A stretch of 64,000 nucleotides of DNA from Candidatus Dormiibacterota bacterium (GTDB taxonomy: Bacteria > Chloroflexota > Dormibacteria > Aeolococcales > Aeolococcaceae), in the NCBI GenBank assembly GCA_019245575.1, contig JAFARE010000009.1:17403-81402 (forward strand). Direction: 5' to 3'. The translations under genes and the position numbers were made by a program. Positions 56,385 through 64,000 of the stretch are shown here, piece by piece. Every line of letters starts with the position of its first letter. Within the stretch, counting starts at the first letter, position 1. Below the pieces are notes generated by a model, which did not search any database, was not told the DNA's origin, and was given only the letters and a program-made list of their open reading frames with translations.

Positions 56385-56391
56385 TCCCGGC

Positions 56392-56412
56392 GCTTGTGCG
56401 CCACGCACAAGC
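56392..56412 (+). terminator. perfect 9-bp stem / 3-nt loop hairpin after fdxA (no U-tract)
   Basis: GCTTGTGCG-CCA-CGCACAAGC, 8 nt after the fdxA stop. Whether it terminates transcription is not established. Confidence 0.3.
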
Positions 56413-56543
56413 CGGCGACCCGGTTCCTGGGGTGTGGAGCCCATAGAACGGGCGAGGCCCGACGCCTACCCTCGATGGCAGGCTGGTCGCGTCCGGGCAC
56501 CGGGCGGGACCGGAGTGTCCAAACGTCCTGGAAGGAGGACCGA

Positions 56544-58034
<1,491 letters not shown>

Positions 58035-58062
58035 AGGGGCCTGATTCGCCCTTCCTGGACAG

Positions 58063-58100
58063 GGGCCGGTGTCGCTGATGTGGCGCGCCGGCCCTCTTTT
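58063..58100 (+). terminator. candidate intrinsic terminator downstream of glnA
   Basis: GGGCCGG (58063-58069) pairs with CCGGCCC (58088-58094) and is followed by TCTTTTA. Lies between the convergent glnA and GNAT genes. Confidence 0.45.
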
Positions 58101-58105
58101 ACGTG

Positions 58106-58555
58106 CTACGGATGCAGCTCGTCGAGCCGCGCCAGCACCACGTGGTGGCCGAGGTGCATGACGCCGTCGACGAACCCGTCGCCGATCACGCGGAAACCGA
58201 TGCGCGTGTAGAAGTCGAGCGCGGTGTCACGCCCGTTGGCCCACAGCACCTCGGCGCCGCGGCTGCGGGCCAGCTCCACCGCGGCGCGCATCAGCACCCG
58301 GCCGACGCCGCGGCCCTGCCACGCGGGGTCGACGGCCATGCCGCGGAAGCGCTCCGCGTGGACGCCCGGGGCGAGGTCGGTGTCGTCGGGAAACTGCGTG
58401 ACTACACCGACCACCGTGTCGTCCTCGTACGCGGCGTAATGCACCGTGCCTGGCAATCCGTCCTGCTTGGAGCGCGCCACGTCGATTGGCTGCCCGGCGC
58501 GGAGCACCTGATGCCGCAGCGGCAGCACCGTGTCCAACGTGACCTCGCGCACCAC
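58106..58555 (-). CDS. GNAT family N-acetyltransferase
   Basis: RGMAVDPAWQGRGVGRVLM acetyl-CoA motif and ALDFYTRIGF. GTG 58555 is preferred. A TTG at 58600 would overlap the dxs 3' end by 11 nt. Confidence 0.75.
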   Translation of the reverse strand: MVREVTLDTVLPLRHQVLRAGQPIDVARSKQDGLPGTVHYAAYEDDTVVGVVTQFPDDTDLAPGVHAERFRGMAVDPAWQGRGVGRVLMRAAVELARSRGAEVLWANGRDTALDFYTRIGFRVIGDGFVDGVMHLGHHVVLARLDELHP

Positions 58556-58589
58556 GACGGCTGCTCCGGTCCGCCCCTCGAGCGTCTCC

Positions 58590-60464
58590 TCAGCCGGCAA
58601 GCGCGCTCCGTGCGGGACAGAGTTCGAGCGCTGCCGCTGCCACCGAGTCGGCGTCCAGCCCGAACTGCTGCAGCAGCGTCGCCTGCGCGCCGTGCTCGAT
58701 GAAACGGTCGGGCAATCCGAGGCGCCGCACCGGAATCGAGATGCCCTCGGCCGTGAGCAGCTCCGCGACCGCGGTGCCGAAGCCGCCGGTGGCGTTGCCG
58801 TCCTCGACGGTGACCACCGCACGGTGGCGCTGCGCAAGCTCGGCGATGTCAGGGTCGAGTGGCTTCACGAAGCGCGCATCCACGACGGTTGCGCTGACAC
58901 CGCGCGCGGCAAGGCGCTCGGCGGCCTGTGCCGCCACGCTGACCATCTTGCCGACGGCGAGGAGCGCGACGTCGTCGCCATTGCGCAGCACGTGCATCCG
59001 GCCGATCTCGAGCGGCTCGAGCGGGGCGGTGCCCTCACTGGGCGCGGCGCCGCGCGGGTAGCGAATCGAGAACGGACCCTCGTAGGCGAGGCCGGTGGCG
59101 AGCAGGCGGCGCAGCTCGTCAGGGCTGCTCGGCGCTGACACCGTCATGCCCGGGATACAGCGCAGGTACGCGAGGTCGAGCATCCCGTGGTGCGACGGCC
59201 CGTCGTCGCCGGTGATGCCGGAGCGGTCGAGCACGAACAGCACGGGAAGGCGGTGCAGCGCGACGTCGCAGGTGACCTGGTCGAACGCGCGCTGCAGGAA
59301 CGTCGAGTAGATGCAGACCACGGGGCGCAGGCCCTGCATCGCGAGCCCGGCCGCGAAGGTCACCGCGTGCTGCTCCGCGATGCCGACGTCGAAGAAGCGG
59401 TCGGGGAATCGCTGCGCGAAGTCGAGAAGCCCGGTGGACGACGCCATCGCCGCTGTGATGGCGACGATGCGCGGATCCGCCTCGGCGGCCTCGCACAGCG
59501 CCACGCCGAACACGTCCGTCCATGCCGGGGCCTTCTTGGCGAACGTGCCGCTGTCGGGGTCGAACGTCGAGACCCCGTGGAATTTGTCAACCTTGTCAGC
59601 AACAGCGGGGCCGTAGCCATGGCCCTTGTCGGTGACGAGGTGCACCACGACAGGGCCCTTGTACACGGCGGCGTCGCGCAGCGCCCGCTCCACCGCCGCG
59701 ATGTCGTGCCCGTCGATGGGGCCGCCGTACTTCAGTCCGAGCGTCTCGAAGATCGAGGCGGGAGCCACCAGCTGCTTGAGCGAGTTCTTCATGCGCCGCG
59801 CCGTCTCATACGCGGAGTGGCCCACTGCGGGAAGCGAGCGCAGTGCATGGCCGGCGACGCCCTTGGCCGCCTCGTACTTCGGCGAGAGCCGCAGCTGACC
59901 CAGGTTCTCGGCGATGCCACCCACCGTCGGGGCGTAGCTGCGTCCGTTGTCGTTGAGCACGATGATCACCTCGGCCTTGAGGTGGCCGATGTTGTTCAGC
60001 GCCTCGTACGCCATGCCACCGGTCAGCGCGCCGTCGCCGATGACGCAGATGACCTTTCCCGGCTCGCCGGCGAGCTTACGCGCCGTGGCAAGCCCGAGCG
60101 CGTAGCTGAGCCCGGTCGACGCGTGCGAGTTCTCAATGAGGTCGTGCTCCGATTCGGACCTCGAGGGGTACCCGCTGAGGCCGCCCTTCTGACGCAGCGT
60201 GTCGAAGCGGTTGAGCCGGCCGGTGACCATCTTGTGCACGTAGGCCTGGTGCCCGGTGTCGAACACGATCGCGTCGCGCGGGCTGTCGAAGACGCGGTGC
60301 AGCGCCAGCGTCAGCTCGACCACGCCGAGGTTGGGGCCGAGATGGCCGCCCGTGCGCGACACCGCGGTGACGAGGAACTCGCGGATCTCCGTGGCCAGGC
60401 GCTCGAGGTCGTTGGGACCCAGGCCGCGCAGGTCCTCGGGTCCGGAGATCTCCTCCAGGATCAT
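58590..60464 (-). CDS. dxs: 1-deoxy-D-xylulose-5-phosphate synthase
   Basis: 624 aa. GGHLGPNLGVVELT, DTGHQAYVHK, TPP motif GDGALTGGMAYEALN. Confidence 0.95.
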   Translation of the reverse strand: MILEEISGPEDLRGLGPNDLERLATEIREFLVTAVSRTGGHLGPNLGVVELTLALHRVFDSPRDAIVFDTGHQAYVHKMVTGRLNRFDTLRQKGGLSGYPSRSESEHDLIENSHASTGLSYALGLATARKLAGEPGKVICVIGDGALTGGMAYEALNNIGHLKAEVIIVLNDNGRSYAPTVGGIAENLGQLRLSPKYEAAKGVAGHALRSLPAVGHSAYETARRMKNSLKQLVAPASIFETLGLKYGGPIDGHDIAAVERALRDAAVYKGPVVVHLVTDKGHGYGPAVADKVDKFHGVSTFDPDSGTFAKKAPAWTDVFGVALCEAAEADPRIVAITAAMASSTGLLDFAQRFPDRFFDVGIAEQHAVTFAAGLAMQGLRPVVCIYSTFLQRAFDQVTCDVALHRLPVLFVLDRSGITGDDGPSHHGMLDLAYLRCIPGMTVSAPSSPDELRRLLATGLAYEGPFSIRYPRGAAPSEGTAPLEPLEIGRMHVLRNGDDVALLAVGKMVSVAAQAAERLAARGVSATVVDARFVKPLDPDIAELAQRHRAVVTVEDGNATGGFGTAVAELLTAEGISIPVRRLGLPDRFIEHGAQATLLQQFGLDADSVAAAALELCPARSALAG

Positions 60465-60557
60465 GAGGCCAGTCTAGTGGACGCTGGCGAATGCTCCCCG
60501 CGCCGGCAGCCGGTCATGCCTACACAACGGTGAAGTAGCGCGGCATGATACGGCGCC

Positions 60558-61364
60558 ATGCAGGTGCGCGATGCGCGCCAGGCGATGCTCGACGTGGCCG
60601 CGGCCGACGGCGACATCGCCACGGGTGCGCTCTGGCTCGCGGCGGAGGACTGCCCTGGCGTCGAGCCCGACCCGTGGCTCGAGCGCATCGACGAGCTCTC
60701 GCTGGAGCTCCGTGATCGCTGCGGGATCGACGGATGCCGGCCCAGCGACGCTCCGCTGGTGGCGCCCCTCCTGCGCGACAAGCTGCGTCTGCACTGCGCC
60801 GGCGGCGGCGACCCACAGTCGCACTACCTGCACAGCGTGCTCGAACGCGGCGCCGGCATCCCGATCGCCTGCGCTGCGATCTGGATCGCTGTGGGGACGC
60901 GCGCCGCCATCCCCGTCGAGGGGGTGAACACTCCCGGCCACTTCCTCGTGCGGGTCGGTGACCTGCTCTTCGACACGGTCGCCGGTGGCGAGCCGCTCGG
61001 CGAGGAGGACACGCGAAGCCTCATCGGCGACGCCATCGGTCACAAGCCCGACCGCTTGCAGCAGTCGTGGCTGCGACGGGCGACCACACGCGAAATGCTT
61101 GCTCGCATGTCGCGCAACCTGCGCGGCTGCTACACCTGCCTCGAGCAGTGGGACCTGGCGCTGCGCGCCGCCGACCGCTGCGTCGACCTCATGCCGGACG
61201 CGCCGGCCGAGCGGCGTGACCGCGGGTATCTCCTCTGGCGCATGGGCAGGCCCAGCGCGGCGCTCGAGGACCTCCGCCATTACCTCGACGCCGCGCCCGC
61301 GAGCGCGCCGGATCGCGACGCGGTCGACGAGGTGGCGTCGCGGCTGCGCGCGTTCCTGAATTAG
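60558..61364 (+). CDS. SirB1/YchA-like protein (transglutaminase-like N-domain + TPR-like C-domain)
   Basis: GAGIPIACAAIWIAVGTRAAIPVEGVNTPGHFLVRV resembles the UPF0162/SirB1 core. C-terminal helical repeats. Confidence 0.7.
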   Translation: MQVRDARQAMLDVAAADGDIATGALWLAAEDCPGVEPDPWLERIDELSLELRDRCGIDGCRPSDAPLVAPLLRDKLRLHCAGGGDPQSHYLHSVLERGAGIPIACAAIWIAVGTRAAIPVEGVNTPGHFLVRVGDLLFDTVAGGEPLGEEDTRSLIGDAIGHKPDRLQQSWLRRATTREMLARMSRNLRGCYTCLEQWDLALRAADRCVDLMPDAPAERRDRGYLLWRMGRPSAALEDLRHYLDAAPASAPDRDAVDEVASRLRAFLN

Positions 61365-61373
61365 TCGCGCAAG

Positions 61374-61571
61374 CTGAGCAAGGGTTGTGTGCGGGTGACG
61401 CGGTGGGGGGCCGCGCCGGCCGGAGCCGGATTCCGGGACCCAGGTTAGAAGTCTTCGCGCTATCGCGCGAACACGAGAGTCCACGATCGCCACCCAGACC
61501 TGCGGTGGAATCCGGCGGAGGACGGCGAGGGGTCCCCGAAGCGGCAGGACCCGCGGACAACCCTTGCTCAG
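61374..61571 (+). repeat. copy C of an unclassified structured intergenic element (candidate ncRNA / 3'UTR element or MITE-like repeat)
   Basis: A 15-bp outer helix CTGAGCAAGGGTTGT (61374-61388) / ACAACCCTTGCTCAG (61557-61571). P3 is GCCGGATTCC (61425-61434) / GGAATCCGGC (61507-61516). It shares the core blocks of copies A and B. Confidence 0.8.
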
Positions 61572-61903
61572 CGCGCCCCGATCACGAACGCGAGCAGCCA
61601 CACGAGGCCGACCACGACCAGCACCGCGAACGGCATCGCCGCGAAGACAACGAAGGAGAAGACGATGCGCTCGTCGCTCACACGCGCGGGGTCCGCCCGG
61701 CGCACGCGGGCGTCGCGCACGTACCAGGCGAGACCACCGACGATGAAGCCGAGCAGCAGGAAGAAGATGCCGGCGAATGCGCTGCTGATGCCGACGCGGC
61801 TGGGCGCCAGCGTGACGCGCCACAGCGCTCCGAGGCTGATCGCGAGGACGCCGCACGAGATGAAGCGGCCGAGCACCGGTATCAGTCGGGGACCGGCCTG
61901 CAC
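61568..61903 (-). CDS. hypothetical membrane protein
   Basis: 111 aa, three to four hydrophobic helices, high GC3, no family assigned. Its stop codon lies inside the outer helix of repeat copy C. Confidence 0.5.
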   Translation of the reverse strand: MQAGPRLIPVLGRFISCGVLAISLGALWRVTLAPSRVGISSAFAGIFFLLLGFIVGGLAWYVRDARVRRADPARVSDERIVFSFVVFAAMPFAVLVVVGLVWLLAFVIGAR

Positions 61904-61940
61904 GCGGGCGAGTATAGGTAGGCCGTCGCGGCCGTCTGGC

Positions 61941-61946
61941 TAGACT
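61941..61946 (+). promoter_or_regulatory. candidate -10 box (TAGACT) placed for a leaderless bcp transcript
   Basis: A TANNNT hexamer ends 6 nt before the GTG start of bcp, and no Shine-Dalgarno is visible. Confidence 0.3.
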
Positions 61947-61952
61947 CTGCCC

Positions 61953-62408
61953 GTGGGCACCCCCCTCCCCGACTTCGATCTCTCCACGGGCGGCGGCGGC
62001 CGGCTGACCAGCGGCGACCTCAAGGGCCGCAGCACGGTGCTGTACTTCTATCCGAAGGACGACACGCCCGGCTGCACGATCGAGGGCCAGGAGTTCACGC
62101 GCCTCTACGGCGACTTCCAGGCCAAGGGCGTCGACGTCTTCGGCGTCTCGCCGGACTCGCCGTCGAGCCACGACCGCTTCGCGTCCAAGTGCTCGCTCGG
62201 GATTCCCCTCGTCAGCGACCCGGATCATGTGCTCATCGACGCGCTCAACCTGTGGGTCGACAAGCACTACATGGGGCGCACGTACAAGGGCGTCGAGCGC
62301 AGCACCTTCCTCGTCGGACCGGACGGGACCGTCCAGCGGGAGTGGCGAGCGGTGAAGGCACCCGGTCACGCCACCGAGGTGCTCGAGGCTGTCTCCTCCA
62401 GCGCCTAG
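61953..62408 (+). CDS. bcp: thioredoxin-dependent peroxiredoxin (Bcp)
   Basis: VLYFYPKDDTPGCTIEGQEF peroxidatic-Cys motif; 151 aa. Confidence 0.9.
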   Translation: MGTPLPDFDLSTGGGGRLTSGDLKGRSTVLYFYPKDDTPGCTIEGQEFTRLYGDFQAKGVDVFGVSPDSPSSHDRFASKCSLGIPLVSDPDHVLIDALNLWVDKHYMGRTYKGVERSTFLVGPDGTVQREWRAVKAPGHATEVLEAVSSSA

Positions 62409-62457
62409 ACGCGCGGCGTCGGGGGCGCAGCTCGTCAGCGCGCTTCTCGAACGCCGC

Positions 62458-63390
62458 GTGGTTTTCGTCACGGGGAAGGGAGGCACGGGAAAGACGACCG
62501 TGGCCGCAGCGCTGGCGCTGCTCGCGGCGCGTGCGGGCAAGCGAGTCCTCGCGGTCGATGTCGAGGCGAAGGGCGACCTGGCGGCGGCGCTGGGAGGCGG
62601 CGCCGTGCGATTCACACCGCAGGCGCTGCAGCGGGGGATCTACGCCATCGCGCTGCAGGCGGAGGAGTCGTTCCAGGAATACCTCGGCCTGTACTTCAAG
62701 GTCCCGCGGCTGGCGCGCATGACGCCGCTGGCGCGCGTCTTCGACTTCATCGCGACGGGTGTCCCGGGACCGCGCGACATGCTCGTGGTGGGCAAGATCG
62801 CGTACGAGGAACGGCGACGGGACAAGAGCGGCAGACCCGCGTGGGACATCATCATCGTCGACGCTGCGTCGAGCGGACATGTGGTCTCACACCTCGCCGC
62901 GGCGCGCGCAATGCTGACCCTGGTTCGTGGGGGCGTCATTCACTCGCAGGTGGAGTGGATCGACGAGCTGGTGCGTGACGACTCGCGGAGCACGGTGCTG
63001 CTCACCGCGCTTCCCGAGGAGATGCCGGTGGTGGAGGCGATCGAGCTCGGCGCAAGGCTTCGCTCAGAGGCGGGCATCAGCGTGAGCGGGTGCGTGCTCA
63101 ACCGGATGGTGCTGGTGAGCGTGTCGCCCTCACAGCGGCGCCTCGCGGCCGCGCTCAACCGCGACTCCGATGCCGAGGAAGTGCGACATCGCCTCGGCGG
63201 TGACCCGGCGCCCTTTGTCGAGTCGGTGCAGCTTGCGTCGCAGCTGCACGACCGCTCCGCGGAGTACGCACGGCAATTGCGCGCGGGGCTTCCCGCACCG
63301 GTCGTCCCGGTCCCGCTCGAGACCGCCAGCCGTTCGGGGCTGGCGATGGCGCGCGCGGTGGCAGACGCGCTCGCCAAGGACGGCACATGA
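62458..63390 (+). CDS. ArsA/Get3-like P-loop ATPase
   Basis: Deviant Walker A VFVTGKGGTGKTTVAAALA and IIVDAASSGH. First of a tandem pair. Confidence 0.8.
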   Translation: MVFVTGKGGTGKTTVAAALALLAARAGKRVLAVDVEAKGDLAAALGGGAVRFTPQALQRGIYAIALQAEESFQEYLGLYFKVPRLARMTPLARVFDFIATGVPGPRDMLVVGKIAYEERRRDKSGRPAWDIIIVDAASSGHVVSHLAAARAMLTLVRGGVIHSQVEWIDELVRDDSRSTVLLTALPEEMPVVEAIELGARLRSEAGISVSGCVLNRMVLVSVSPSQRRLAAALNRDSDAEEVRHRLGGDPAPFVESVQLASQLHDRSAEYARQLRAGLPAPVVPVPLETASRSGLAMARAVADALAKDGT

Positions 63391-64000
63391 CGGTGGCAAC
63401 CGAGCGCCGGCGCGGGGAGCGGCGGCGGCCGGCGCATCGTGAGTGGCCCGGATTCGAGATGGGCGAGCGACTCGGGGCGCTTCGTGTCGTGGTGTGCACC
63501 GGCAGCGGCGGCGTGGGCAAGACCACGATCAGCGCCGCGCTCGCGATGTCCATCGCGGCCACGCAGGACGCGCGCGTCCTGGTTCTCACCGTCGACCCGG
63601 CCAAGCGCCTCGCCAGCGCGCTGGGCATCAAGGGCATCGGCGCGGACCCTGTCACCATCTCGCGCGCACGCCTGCGGCGCGCCGGCCTGCCCGCACGCGG
63701 CGAAGTTGTGGCCGCGATGCTCGACATGAAGTCCGCGTGGGACAACATGGTCGAGCGCTACTCGCCGGATCGGCGCAGCGCCGAGCGCATTCTCAAAAAC
63801 CGCTTCTACCAGCGCATCAGCGACGCGTTCGTGGGCTCGCACGAGTACGCGGCGATGGAGGCGCTGTACGAGCTGCACGAGGCCGGCGAGTACGACTGCG
63901 TGGTCGTCGACACGCCGCCCTCACGCAACGCGCTCGACTTTCTCGAAGCGCCAGCGCGTCTCACCGACTACGTGGGTGCTCGGCTGCTGTCGTGGCTTGC
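63387..64000 (+). CDS. ArsA/Get3-like P-loop ATPase (3' end beyond window edge)
   Basis: Hand translation: MTVATERRRGERRRPAHREWPGFEMGERLGALRVVVCTGSGGVGKTTISAALA...VLTVDPAKRLA...VVVDTPPSRNALDFL. ATGA overlap with the upstream gene. An internal ATG at 63459 is an alternative start. Confidence 0.8.
   Translation, partial: MTVATERRRGERRRPAHREWPGFEMGERLGALRVVVCTGSGGVGKTTISAALAMSIAATQDARVLVLTVDPAKRLASALGIKGIGADPVTISRARLRRAGLPARGEVVAAMLDMKSAWDNMVERYSPDRRSAERILKNRFYQRISDAFVGSHEYAAMEALYELHEAGEYDCVVVDTPPSRNALDFLEAPARLTDYVGARLLSWL

Overview
High-GC (roughly 70% by eye, not computed) bacterial chromosomal segment that looks like an Actinomycetota-type core-genome region. GTG and TTG starts are common, and neighbouring genes very often share 1-11 nt start/stop overlaps (ATGA, GTGA, TTGA, TGATG). 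I can support about 62 protein-coding genes and two known cis-regulatory RNAs: a TPP riboswitch before thiC and a PyrR-binding hairpin before pyrB. I found no rRNA, tRNA, CRISPR array, transposase or integrase. Content from left to right: acyltransferase-3 and AI-2E transporter; AKR-sucC-sucD; nucleotide-sugar dehydrogenase/GT2/epimerase cassette; three acyl-CoA dehydrogenases plus a thiolase; envelope genes (LCP, PFK, a large membrane protein, TolB-like protein, second LCP); MeaB plus an isobutyryl-CoA-mutase-like large subunit; pyrimidine operon pyrB-pyrR-pyrC-carA::carB (single fused ORF)-pyrK-pyrD; ABC transporter plus HisKA_3/NarL two-component module; an orphan VirD4/TraG-type coupling ATPase; holB; GH1 glycosidase; a sortase with a Cys-repeat substrate; thiC; a nitrogen block (GS, PucR, amt, glnK, fdxA, glnA); dxs; bcp; two ArsA/Get3-like ATPases. 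The most unusual signal is non-coding. Three copies of a 175-200 nt rod-shaped element with compensatory base changes fill convergent intergenic gaps (18857-19030, 24151-24339, 61374-61571). A fourth ~200 nt multi-hairpin element, closed by a perfect 16-bp inverted repeat, lies between glnK and fdxA. I do not recognise either as a known RNA family or mobile element. Most long alternative-frame ORFs in the supplied track are GC-driven artefacts.
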